A stretch of 64,000 nt of DNA, from positions 4,960,001 to 5,024,000 of the forward strand of contig OZ316776.1 of NCBI GenBank assembly GCA_973851085.1. The letters are read 5' to 3'. This DNA comes from Ptychomitrium polyphyllum (lineage: Eukaryota). The translations under genes were made by a program, and so were the position numbers. Below are positions 39,991 through 52,586 of the stretch, in pieces (within the stretch, counting starts at the first letter, position 1; each line of letters opens with the position of its first letter). A model generated the notes under the pieces. It did no database searches and was not told where the DNA came from. It saw nothing but the letters and a program-made list of their open reading frames with translations.

Positions 39991-41289
39991 AATTTAATTT
40001 TGGTCATTAATAAAACTATTTAAGCATGTACTTAATTACAATATATTTGATAGTCAACTCACCATTGGAAGTTTACATTCAAATTTAGTCAACAGTAATA
40101 TATTATGTATATAGTTCTTTTTCTTAATTACTTATCATTATTATTTTTTAACATATTGTAAATGAATATGAACTTCCAATCAATTGCCTTGATTTCTCTT
40201 AATTTTTTGGATGCTATTAGAATTTGAGTAGTTTCTCTTCAAATTGCAAATATGTTTTTTTGTCTAAAAACTATTAAATTCTAATGCCTTTGAACTCATT
40301 TTCTAATGCTCTTTTAAAACTATTTTTACTAAAGGATTATAAAAAAGAACATTTCAAAAGACAAGTTTGCTTAAAGTATGCAAAATCATAAAGAAGAATA
40401 CGTAAAAAATCATATGGTTATTTAGAAGCATATACATGTGATATGAAAAAAATCATCATTTTAAAAATAAAATATAGTTGAAAATCATTTAAAATTATGT
40501 TGAATCATATTTTATTTTTCTTAATTAATGATTATTATCATTTTTAGCAATTTATGCATAATATTCTTTAGTTGGATGGCCTTATACAATGATTGACAGT
40601 ACCAAAATACTAATCTAAAATTGCTAAATTTTAACAAGCAGCACCTACAGTAGAGTACTTGGGCCAATGTTCTACTGTTGAATTATTTCTAAAGTGGAGC
40701 CTTATGCCTAAACAATGTTATTTGTGAGACTCTTGAGAATAATAAACTTATTTGTAATTGCTGTAAGCAAATCACAACGTCTTCCATGCAATAATTCTAA
40801 CTTCTGATTAATGCAGCCTAGATCCGAGTACAGCTAATTTGTTCTGGCTCCGTTCCTTGAATATGATGATGCCAAAGCTATGCATAGCTTGCAAATTGCA
40901 GTTAAGTCTTTGCAACATCTACACCACTTCGTTTATTTGAGTAATTATTTCACTAACTAGTCATGATACCCTATATCCATATTCTAGGGTGATCGACGAC
41001 AGAAAAATTCAAATTACATAACCTTGCATGGAAGTGGCAGGATCAAGTCCATTAAATCTGTTCTAGAGAAGAATATTACCCAATTGTTGGTTAGAGAACC
41101 TGCAACTTGTAAACAATTCATCTTCAGTGTTGTATCCTGGCCTACAGAAGCCAACACATGCAGAGAACAAAGTAATGCTGAAACTTGCTTACTAGTGCCA
41201 AACTTTGCCTACTACCTGCTAATGACAGTGCATGTCAATGTCATTAGCCAAAGGCCAAAATGGTAAAGTAGTTGCGTGAAGCCAGGATG

Positions 41290-43190
41290 AGCTGTAAGGA
41301 AGTCTCTGGATCATTGTCCCCACCTCAGGCAAGCTTAATAACATGATCAGCACGGCTGTGCAGTTCCGCGACATTGACTGCTGCAGCTGTGCCAGGTCCA
41401 ACTTGACTCTTGCGTGCATCTGCAAGCTTGGTGATGCGACGCACCACCAACTCCACCAATAATATCCCTACCTCTTTTGACTAGTCACACTGCAAAGTGA
41501 CTTAGATGAAGAGGAGAGATTTACCATATTGCTGGTGAAATTGATAATCTATGGACATTTCTCTCTGAGGCGATGTACACGAAGTATCACTTGGCCAGCC
41601 TTGTTCTAGCAATCAACGTCGTTGAGCTGCATGTTGATGACAATGCTGAAGAGCGAGCGTTGAGGTGGGGACAATAGTCCACAATGGCTGATCATGCACA
41701 TAAAGAGGTCCACTTGAACAAGACAGCACCTGCAGGTAAGCTGTGCGTGGGCAAGTGGGATGAAAATTGAGGGGTACAGAGAAGTCTAGCTTTCTCCCAG
41801 CTCGTCTGTATCATCCCAATCAACTTCTGAGTCCCTGTTACCTTCCTCTGATTGTGCTTTGTATCTTCATCTTGTTTCAAATTTAGCTCATCTGACTACA
41901 ATGGTATTCAGCTCCTTAACGTGATTATGAGACACCTGGCACCGTCCATGAGGTACATACTTACAACATTGTCATGGCTTATTGTACTCGCCTGTTTTGA
42001 TAATTTTCACACTGCCGCAGTTCACATCATCATTATGATTTGAGATGGCAGGAATTTAATGCCTGTTTCATGTGGGTGAATGCAGATTGGGGCTCTGGCC
42101 ACCGGGGGACCTTTCGCAAACGTCCTTGCAAGCTCATCCGCTCAGCCGATTGCATCAATATGCTCACATAGCCGTTAACTGTGTCACCAATGATCTTCAG
42201 CTGACCTCCAAATGTAACAATATCACCAGAGATGCCAATCTGCGCGAAGAGTCCATTGTAACGAATAACGACCTTCAAAAATAAATCTTCTATGAAAAAT
42301 TGTAAGGCCCTGCTCCAAGGATAGCATTCCTCTCGTCTGACATTCACAGGGCGCTGGGGCAGCCCTTACCCTGAGTTGAGCAAAATCAGTTTCGATCTTC
42401 CTTTTAGGTTTCTAAATAAGCAGGTGACGAAGGGGTAGGAGAAAAATTCATTCTGCTTTACCCAGGGGTAAGGGCTTCCCGGGCGCCTTGTAACTGTAGC
42501 TAACCTGCCCGCTATTACACCTTCCAACTCCTTGTACATGATGCCCCATTTCAGCATGGCCTGTCAGTCTTTCGCGGAAGCGCAACTCTTCATGACAAAA
42601 CGTGAAGCTTTGCAACATCTATCAGCACTGTAGGCGCCTTCGTGGCGGCCGGGCTGGGCCACAATGTCAATGTCTACTCCATGAGCGGCCCACAAGCGGC
42701 TCCCCAAACATGCCCCTGCCGTGATGACGCCGGTCACAGTTGTCAAAGGTGCCAAGCGCTTCTCCAACGAGGGCAAGGAAATTGTCATCTTCCACCATAT
42801 GGACTTCTCCTGAATGCTCTATTATTATAACCGTGTGAGAGGTTCCAAAATCGTGCAGGCAACTCTCAAAATAGAAGGCCACAGGTCCACTTCAATCAAT
42901 GTTGATGCCATTCGCCACATAAACACTGCACTCTGGCTCTTACGCTATCCGGCGTTCAAGGTCCTAAACATTGGACACGGCGAAGAAACATGTCATTTCC
43001 TGGTGGAAAATGACCTAGTTTTCACTCCGGTCTAGATGACGGAGTAGGAACTACTTGATGAAGCACTAAGTCCATACGGAGGGACCCATCCGGACTCCAT
43101 TTCGGATCTAAAGATGACATGCAGTATGACCAATATTGTGTGCATTGACGTGTGTGGTGGCAGTTACAACGTCATGCTTTGTATGTAGTT
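41290..43190. pseudogene. Unidentified decayed coding-like island
   Basis: GC content is higher than the flanks. It contains long reading frames broken by scattered stops and two diverged inverted copies of a peptide motif. No family was recognised with confidence. Confidence 0.4.
42340..42497. repeat. Imperfect inverted repeat (MITE-like or pre-miRNA-like hairpin)
   Basis: Arms at 42340-42392 and 42444-42497 are reverse complements, with the core agcccttaccc / gggtaagggct. Confidence 0.8.
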
Positions 43191-45796
43191 GTGTGTGTAT
43201 TTTATCCAAATCTTCACTTCGCTTGTAACTACCAGTTATACAGCTGCTACGGTGCTGGCAGTCTTGATGACGCTTGTGGAGCTGGTTAGAGCTTATGTTC
43301 AATGATTCACTGATTGGCGCAGAATAAAAGGCTCAGGCAGCTGATCTTGAGCAAGCAAGCCGAACTTGATACAAATCGTAATTCTACCTAATTCTACCTA
43401 GTTACAACCTTAAGTTAATGCTTAACTGTTATTCCTATGTACGTGTATTTGGAGTTGTTTCGCACATGGCATCTCCGAAATTATTTGAATAGGATTCAAT
43501 TATGAAACAAAAGGTGAGCATATTATTTTGAATCCTATTCCCTGAGAAACATCTGTCAAACATACATGATTTTGTTATTCCACAATAGCATTATCCACAC
43601 CTTATGGCGCAATTTCCTACCTCGAAAATGCAAGTACCTCCGGAATCACCAAACTGAGCATATCCTTACCCCACTCTGCTTTTGGGCCTCTGGTTCTTGA
43701 AACATTTCTTGAGTTAAGATGATTTGAAGAGTATCCTTGCTGAGTTGGGCATATGCTCATCAAATGTCTCGTTGAAATTTTGGTGGATTAGAATGTCAAG
43801 AGTCCAAAATTTGGAGACATGAACATGCCATTGTTTTCTGTTGAGCAAAATTTGGGCCGGAAGTTAAGAGTTGGTATTGTGCAGCAGGATAGGTGTTACT
43901 CAGCCTTCTTTACTACTACTTTACCTCTGCAGACGTGTAAGAAGGAAATCCAAAGAGGGGTGAAAATTTCATAGAATCTATTCAGTATTGTTAAAGCACC
44001 AGGTGAATTAAAAAATTCTTTACCTGGATGACCCTGCACAACATGTTGGAGAGCAGTAGAATAGTAATTCATTTTTATAGGTGCTAAATTTTGCTTAACT
44101 TTGCTAAATATTGTGTTGCAACACAGGATTTGGCGTCAAATGTTTCATTGAGGTAGCTTTACTGAGGTAGTAATGCAAGGTCATGTTGCTAAGAATGTTG
44201 TTTGAAAGCATGAAATAATAGTTAGAAATCTTATTACATCTTACATTTCCTAAAGAATTTTTTCAAAGTCAAAGATTTAAAAAGACTTATTTAGTGACCA
44301 CCAAAAAAATCACAATTTCTCTTGAATTCTTATCAAAATACTAAATTTTTTACATGAAAAGTGTTTTGATTATATTTCATTATTTGAAGTAAGGGCAAAT
44401 CACAATTGTGCTGATAATAAGGCTCCATATTCTAATCTATAAGAACCATTGTTGTCTTCCAATGATATTCCAAATCCTATTCTATGCTATTTAATCTCTT
44501 GCAAATGATTCAATAGTTAATATTAAAAATTAAAAATATAGCTCTTTAAATGTTTAATATCAAATATTTTACAACAAAAAAATATATTACATATAAAATT
44601 TGATCCAAAATTGAAAAAAGAATCTCAAAATATTTAATTCAAGTCATTATTGTACTACTTTCTACTTGCTTGTCTTAAAGTCAATTTTTTGACTTCAAAG
44701 GTAAGTTTTAGATTAATATAAAAGTTCTAGTTATGCACTTTTATCAAATTCCTAAAATCAACATATTACAAATGTATACCATTCACAATCTTTTAGAATA
44801 TTTTTAAGTTTTTTGGTAACCTCCATAGTTTATGAGAATGCTTCAAAAAATATTGAATCTTCCATTGACATCTTCTTTAAAACCTTTCCAAAAGATTTCT
44901 ATAACATTTTATAAAAAATTCAAGGGGAAATAAGCTTCACAATTTAAAAAAGATAGACAAAAATAAATATGCATGTTAATCTTATCAACACAAGTTATAG
45001 AATAATCTATACTATTGCTTGTTTTTAATTTTGTAATCATTTTTTTTATATAAATTACAATAATTGGTTTACTCCTCTATTAGAGTTAATAAACTCCTTA
45101 TACTTGGCCTATTTTAAACTACTTCAAGAAGCAACACATAAAGACTTGTAAGAAACTTATAGAGTAGTTTAGGATCAACCTATATGTTCATTAAAAGCAT
45201 GATTAACTTTTGTCTTTAAAAATGTACAATAATTTCAATATTGGCAATAAAAGCATGAAAGAAATTGCATTCAGCATGATCTCTAAAGGCAAATACAACC
45301 TTCCTCACACTACCACTGCAACTGCTTGGAGGCGAAGGTTATTGGGTGAGGGACGCTCTACCATATTGCGTGCTGGGGCTGTGGTGAGTGGTGGCTAGGG
45401 TTCTCAAATTTGGCCGAGCCCAGATTTGGACCCAGTCACCTCATGTCGAGGATCACCGCCACGCCCTGTGAACATCATGTTGCTCATCACAGTAAAGGAA
45501 ACAGCGTGCCTCTCTTGCGTCGTCCGTGATCTAGTCTTGCCTTCCTTATAAGTAGAGGTGCTTCCAGTGCACCATAGATTGTGAGTCTACTGAGAAATGT
45601 GAATCTTGTATCCGACGCTTGGTTTGTCGAGGGTCATGCTTGATCTCTTTGACGGAATCTGATTTCTAGTAAAGATGGCAGTTTGTGTGGAGAAGATTTG
45701 GCTGTCAGCTGATTCTCTCTGTGCTTGATGTTTCTAGTTTCTTCCTCGCATTATTTGTCCCCATTCTTTAGCTTCTGATACCGACGTAAGTTGGCT

Positions 45797-47107
45797 ATGG
45801 CGGAAGGAGAGTTGGGAAAGGCGAGCCAAGTCGACAGCACTGTGGGGATCGACGCTAAGGAGGGGAGCACTTTTGCATGGGCCAAGTTGCCGAGGGATTT
45901 GCAGCGCAAGGTACTCAGCTACTTGTCTCTCCGGAATGTGTTCCAGGTGCGATGTGTCTGCCAGGACTGGTGTTCCATAGTCCATCGCCATGACTTCGCC
46001 ACCATGTTCGATGGCATGCATAGCTCCGACCCTCCCAGCCCTGCAATATGCTATGTGGAATCGTTCCCACCGCGTGGAATTGAGTGGGCAATGTATGATT
46101 ACGCCAGATTAGTGTGGAAGAAGATGACAAGTCTTTCTTGTGATACTAACCCTAGAATGAGTCCAAATGACAGCGTTTACAGTGAGGATTACAGCGTGTT
46201 TCCGGTAGGAGGGCTTCTGTGTTTTCATTACAAGAAGCTGGATGTGGGGACCTGGTTAGTTTGGAACCCGCTAACCAACAAGTTGAAGAAGCTCCCCCCG
46301 TACAAGTATGCAGCCTCGAAGGGAGCGACTGCCTTCGCGTATGCCTTCGAGGCGGATGAGAGTCCCACAAGCTACAAGATTTTGATGGCTCATTATCGAA
46401 TCACACAGATTAACAGGTACCAACGACGCAAGCTCGGTGACGCAAGCTTGGTGACGGAGATTTATGACTCATCAACTGGCAGTTGGACAGAGCCCTCTCC
46501 AGAGCACATTTTCCAGCTTCGTATGATACCATTTTTATCCACCAGGGGAGGCGTGCTCTGCAATGGAGTCATTTATTTTAGGTCAAGCAGAAATGCTGCA
46601 GACTCGACCGCTGAGAGAGTGCTGCTGTGCTACGACATCAAAAGTGGGCAATGGCATGAAGAAGTCAGTGACAGGAGATGTACGAGGATTTTTGAGTGGG
46701 ACGGCCGGGTGATGACAGTTATGTTGGAGCCACTGCACGGTGGAGGCCATGTCGTTGCGACTGTCGATAGGCAGAACTACCCTGCAGCAAGGTTTAGTAT
46801 CTTCGAATGGGATCTTGCTTCGAGGAGGTGGGCGGATACTGGACTCGAGATACCTATGAAGATTAAAAGAAAGTTTGACTATAGTGTATCAATGTCAACC
46901 GGCCTGTTGGAAATGGTTGCAGGTGGGAATTATCTTGTCATTACAGGGTATGCAAGGGATAGGAGTTTTAGGACTGTAGTGTACAGTAAAGCAGAAAAGA
47001 ATTGGAGGTGTCTTCCAACTGCGAGTAGCTGGAGGATCTCAAGATCAGCTACATTTAGATTAAATGGAATGGTCTTATTTAAGCCAACATTAGAATGGGT
47101 ACCATAA
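45797..47107 (+). CDS. F-box protein with a kelch/F-box-associated-like C-terminal domain, intronless CDS (436 aa)
   Basis: N-terminal F-box motif WAKLPRDLQRKVLSYL...VRCVCQDW, then GGLLC, VWNPLT, TEIYDSSTGSW and CNGVIYF. A TATA-like ttataag lies at ~45546. Confidence 0.92.
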   Translation: MAEGELGKASQVDSTVGIDAKEGSTFAWAKLPRDLQRKVLSYLSLRNVFQVRCVCQDWCSIVHRHDFATMFDGMHSSDPPSPAICYVESFPPRGIEWAMYDYARLVWKKMTSLSCDTNPRMSPNDSVYSEDYSVFPVGGLLCFHYKKLDVGTWLVWNPLTNKLKKLPPYKYAASKGATAFAYAFEADESPTSYKILMAHYRITQINRYQRRKLGDASLVTEIYDSSTGSWTEPSPEHIFQLRMIPFLSTRGGVLCNGVIYFRSSRNAADSTAERVLLCYDIKSGQWHEEVSDRRCTRIFEWDGRVMTVMLEPLHGGGHVVATVDRQNYPAARFSIFEWDLASRRWADTGLEIPMKIKRKFDYSVSMSTGLLEMVAGGNYLVITGYARDRSFRTVVYSKAEKNWRCLPTASSWRISRSATFRLNGMVLFKPTLEWVP

Positions 47108-47930
47108 AGATGGCAGTGTAATTATCCCAATGTTAAGAAATGTATCATAAATGAGAAATCCTTTCCTTGTAGGGAAGTATATACATTTGGTCATGAATGC
47201 AGATCAGATCTGCCGGTTGAGACAATGTGGTGAATCGATGATGGTAGTATACAGTCGAACGTCTGAATGAAGCAAGAGATGCTACCCGAGAAGCACCTAA
47301 TGGTTGTTGTACTGCATGATGTCGCCTTGCTATGTACATGACTCAAACAGTGGAATAATTTGGTACTACCTGGTTAGGAGCGTGTTCCTAAAAGCTTATT
47401 TCAATCCTCGATAATGAGCAATTCTACAACGTCTGTACTTGTAAGTTTATGTATTACAGCCTTGTTCTACAGAAGTATTTTAATCAATTTTGCTCCCGAC
47501 CAAAATCCCTATCAGACATTTAGAGTTGTAGCTGAGGGGATGTTCGTGTACAGTGGAGATACTTGTGTACAGTAGTTATGTAGTTTCAACTATAAACATA
47601 GCCTCTCAGTCCCAAAAAATTGGCCGTCGCTATCACCTCCGAGACTCCCACTCAAGCCTGTGCTTAAAATGGAGGCGAACTGGCAAAATTCAAATACTCT
47701 TTCAGTCAAGCAGGGTTAGTTCCCGTTAAGAAGTCCAAACTAGCTAGAGGGGAGATAACGCATCAATCACACGGAGTGTGGATGGGAAACACCATGTCAG
47801 TTAGCCTAATCACTAATTGGAGCAAACTAGGAAAATTAATTACAGTACGTTTGTTGGTACACTACTGTACCGAAGCAATGATCCCAAATGTTTACAACAG
47901 CGAGACCATCGTAAAAGAGTCAAGTCAATA

Positions 47931-49895
47931 CTAAAGTTTATACCACGGCTTATTTTCAATCTTCTTGGCTAGCTCCTCCGCAATCGATGCAAAATCTCCA
48001 GCTCCCTCAACCATTTCTTCAGATTGCTTGTTCATAGCCTGCACATGGATCGTTATTTTTACGTGAGGATATTACAATGTAACCCAACTGAGTAGCAAGC
48101 TAACAATTTCTCCAGAAGCCAGATTTCTCTCGATGGAAAACTACAAACATAAAAAGGACTTATCAATGACCACTTCCTACAAATAATCAGAGTAGATCTC
48201 CGATCAAAAATGCCATAATGTGCTCTACTTGATCTTAAAATCTGCAAATGATGCGAACAAGTTGGACCTGAAGCTTCTCTTGGCGTTCGATCAACTTTTC
48301 TCTATTCATAGCAGCAATACTTGTAGGATCCTGCATCCACATTAACCAGAACCGCATCATTCCAGCAAAATTTGTGCACTATGGTTCAAGATTGTAGCTG
48401 CATGTTATACGACATGATGAGTGAAAACGATGAAGACAACATTAGTAAGCATTCAATTTCAGTATAAAGGAGTTCAATTGCAACACTTAAATGCATACAT
48501 ACACACACAATCATCGAAACGTCATGATGTAACATGAACATGAACATCTACATTATATTATGATAAACATCCTTAAATGAGCACATTTCAAGCCTTACCG
48601 TGCTTGGTTTGTGGCCATATGCTGCTTTAATTGAATCTGCAGATCGTATATGGGGTGACTGGCCATCTGGATTTCCGTCAAGAAGTTCCGATCGGTCCTC
48701 TGCATTGCTGCTCCTTTTTCCTACTGATAAACGTACCACATACAATTGCATCATTACTTAGGAAGTGGTTGAAATGAGGGTGACTAACTCGAGAATTCTA
48801 TATGGCTTGCAGAGAGCGAATCACTATGAAATTATTGACGCTATCAACATTAGAACTGAAGACAATGATGTACACCCAATTTCAACTCCAGAAAGGAATG
48901 ACAAGAAAGGATGTAATGCATATTAAAAAGCAGTTGAGAAAGCTATAATGACCAACAACATTTTACTTCCTAGGTGTCATGTTTGCTTTACATTGTTGTA
49001 CCTTTTAAGCCCCTTTTCAACCTGTTGACGAGTTTTGCCTTTCTTTCCATGCTTGTCTTAGGCGAATTTGCAATCGATTCGTCAGAATCATCATCCAAGT
49101 CATCTGCAAACAAATTCATAAGCAGCAGTTTAGACATGGAAGGTGGATGCAAATTCCATAGCTTTCAAGTTTAAGATAGCTACTTCAGATACAACAGCTC
49201 TCAAGGTAGTAACAGCTCAATAAATAAGTTCTAGAGAGGCTGTTGTGAAAAGACAGTCCGAGGTTTAGCTGATGCTCACTCAAGGTTCCGGTTGGGCTGA
49301 CCTCAGTCAAGGTTCCAGTAGGTCTGGGATCCTGCACAAAATAGAACACTGAACATAGGTGAACAGAATGACGCCAGTTTAACATATTTATAAAAAAGAT
49401 AAAACAACTTTTCACATGCACTAACGTCAAACTTGTTAGTCTCTTTTGAGAAGCCTTGGATACCTACATAGCCAAAAAAGATCCCAAGCAAGAGTAAAAT
49501 CACGTCTCCTATAATTTTCGTCAGAAAAAAGTGCGGGAGAAGAATTCAAGCTGCTCGAGCAGCCACATATTGACTGCTGTTACATTCGGCTTCTTTATAA
49601 AGTATACTCTCGAACTCCTTTAAATGCACTATTTGTTCCTGAGAGCATTCTAATTTACATCTGGACAGAATCAGAAACTAATGAAGGACCTCTCTAAGCA
49701 AAACAAAAGGAACCATCCACCAAGAAACAGAGCAGAGAGCTCAAATAAGAGATAGACCTCAGGAGAATGTTTAGCTTTATGAATCAAGCTCATGAAAGCT
49801 TTCCCGCTTTTCGCCGCAGCATTGGTGACTTTTTCCTTCGTCGCAGCAATACTAACTTTTTCCTTCGGCGCAGCAACACCGACATTGTCTTGCAT
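47931..49895 (-). CDS. Short (~195 aa) protein consisting of a tomosyn-type C-terminal R-SNARE-like domain
   Basis: Six GT-AG exons: 49895-49758, 49331-49280, 49103-49002, 48723-48599, 48330-48268 and 48038-47931. Phases are compatible and total 588 nt. The protein ends RSADSIKAAYG...AAMNREKLIERQEKLQAMNKQSEEMVEGAGDFASIAEELAKKIENKPWYKL*. Confidence 0.82.
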
Positions 49896-52586
49896 GATGA
49901 CTGCTTTCTTTCCACCTTGTGATCTCCAACTTCAACCTCACAATTTCAAATCGTAAACCTAAATGACCCAGCGCCAATCCTCAACCTCAAATTCCTCTTG
50001 ATCCAACAGCACACACCAATGTGCGACTTATCAGCTCCGACAACCTCGCTATCCTGTTCCGGAAAAGAAAAAAAAGCAACAACCAACCAACCAACCAAGC
50101 GCGCCTAGCGAAGATCAGCAGTTGGCCGCGTCCTCACGATAAGCGAATGTACAACAAACACTCCCACCGCAAGCACAAAACATCCAATCAACGACCCCCT
50201 CCAGCGCCTGCAATGTCAGCAGATCTAACTCATCAGCGCACCTCCCCCTCCGCAAGCCCATCACTCTCCGTCCCACTATCCACAACAACAACAACACTCC
50301 TCCTTCTACTCTACACTACATCACTTCGACATTCCAACACCCGCCTTGCCTGGAAGAAAAAACGCAAGATGAGCCAGCTCAACAACTCTTTCTTCTTCAC
50401 CTCCCCTGCACGCACAACAGCAACGAACACACGACATACCCACGTCACCAAATGATTAGAAAAACCTACCGACTGTCGTGAAACGCAGCACGAGGTCAAA
50501 CTGGACAACCTGCACCCGAGAATGCATGCAGCGCCACTCAAGCGATTGTTGGTGGTGATCCGGCTGCCGCCTGCTGGATCACTCTCGTGGATCTGCACGA
50601 GCTCAGTTCTGCCATCGCCATCGCCATCGCCACGCCCCTTCTTCTCGGATCGTGGCCGGCGCATCGGACGGCCAACGTTTGAGTAGAACGTCATCGCACG
50701 GTCGAGACAGCTTCACTTGTCCTGCACGCGGTAGGTGTGAGAGTGCTGGTGATACGTCGAGCGTTTTCTTCGCCTGAGGCCCACTTCGGTCCGCTTCACA
50801 CAGGCCGCGGTTTGCTGGTGTGGATGCTTGGCATTGGTCACTTCGATTCCACATTGCCTCTTGTGTCTTCATGCTATGTGGTGGAGTATTTGGAGCTTCT
50901 TGAATGCCTCGGCTGAGGAGGTGCTTGAATGCGACCAGGTTCTGCAAAAGTTCGTGGTTGGAAAAGGGATGATTGAATGGTGTGCGCACGGCTTTCATCC
51001 ATTAAAGCAAGTGGACTACTGATTCGGTTGTTGTGTTCGGTTGAGACGCTTGGTGGATTCCTCAATTGATTCTACTGACTATATTGGTAATTCATTGCTT
51101 TTTGATGAATGAGTGAAACTTGTGCATTAACATCATAGTCTAGGGTTCTTACCTAATCATAAGTTTTTATAAAAGCAAATTTCTATTTAAGCAACTATTT
51201 ACTTGAGGCATTCAATAAACTTTGAATACACCTATATTATTGTCTGTTGTTCTATACAATGGATGAAAAATATTGTAAAGATGACCTCTTGAATCTTGTT
51301 AGCAAATTGTTTTTTATAAAATTTTGTATAGTATCCTCGTTAATTGAGGCATAAAAGAAGATTGTTTAACATAATATAATAGAAAAAGTATTAAGTCTGT
51401 ATTCTATAATTAGCTTATCTATGAATTAGTAATTTTTTTGATTGTATTCATTCTTATATACACCTTTGAAAAAAATTACTACATAAAATCTAATTTAACC
51501 TATTAATACAACAATTTACAAGTATCTAGCCAAAATCTAACTCATAGAAAGGATAAAAAAAAGGTATATATAAAATATTATGTAGATGTTACTTTTGGAG
51601 AAAAACATTGCCTAAGTAATTTCTTTTCTCCTTTGCACACTCTACTTGTGCTTGGACTATCCTACCCATGTAATTTGCATTGGTGTTAAAACTTTCAAAT
51701 TGCAAAATTACAAAATTAAGTACATTGAAATTTGAACATGCTCATGAATACATAGGTGATACTTTTTATCCTTTGATATTACCATGTACTTTATTGGGTC
51801 CAAAAAAGTATTGATATAAAATGAAATAATTTCAAAAACATCACATTTGAAGTGCAAATTTGACATTTTCAAATTTAAAGTAAAAAGTAACCAAAAAAAG
51901 TTTAAGAACAAACTTTAATTTACAACATAGTGTTTGCAACAAAAAGAAGTTGTAATTTATCATGAAATGCAATCATAAATTTGATGCAAAATCTTGATTT
52001 AATGAAGTAGGCAATAAAAAATAAATTATATAATTCTATTTAATGAATGTGAATTAAGCTACATGCATCTTTGTAAGCTTGTTATAAACATGGCCCATTT
52101 GCAACATTTCTACTTATCTAGATGTACTTGATCCAACATAAAATTCACCTCAAAAATATCTTGCAATTACTACATCTAAATTCTTTGAACATCCAAAATC
52201 ACTTGGACTTCCACATATTTTAGTAAAGATTTTCACATATTGCTTGCATCCTCTCTTTCAATTTGAAGCTAATTTTTCTTCAAATATTTCTGCCTACACA
52301 TATACTCAAGAGGATGTGTTATAAAACAAATCACATGGATAGTACTATAAAATTGACATTACAAAGAAGTTATAATACCAAGCTTTATAGCATCAAATTT
52401 AGAAGCAAGAAACTTCAACACACAGCCAATACGTGCATCAATGCGATTCAACTTGTCAACTGAAAATCATAATGAATAGAAGTTGTTACGTGTGACAAAT
52501 CACAGTGCAACGGACAACTACAACAGTAGTCTCTATACAATATGCGGGTGCTTCTTAAACTCTCTATCCAATGACTCCATATCACA

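Noticed and set aside
41110..41165. Minus-strand VLASVGQDTTLKM resembling a WD40 repeat (the missing tomosyn part?)
   Set aside because: It is a single isolated motif overlapping intron-like sequence and lies downstream, not upstream, of the tomosyn-like gene.
41285..41400. Minus-strand DHVIKLA*GGDNDPETSLQL resembling an HNH nuclease motif
   Set aside because: It contains a stop and lacks the downstream N/H and CxxC residues. The opposite-strand frame is the one conserved with the inverted copy.
50021..51065. Several 60-144-aa ORFs upstream of the tomosyn-like gene
   Set aside because: They are low-complexity or unrecognisable and fit GC-rich 5' UTR/promoter sequence. None resembles WD40.
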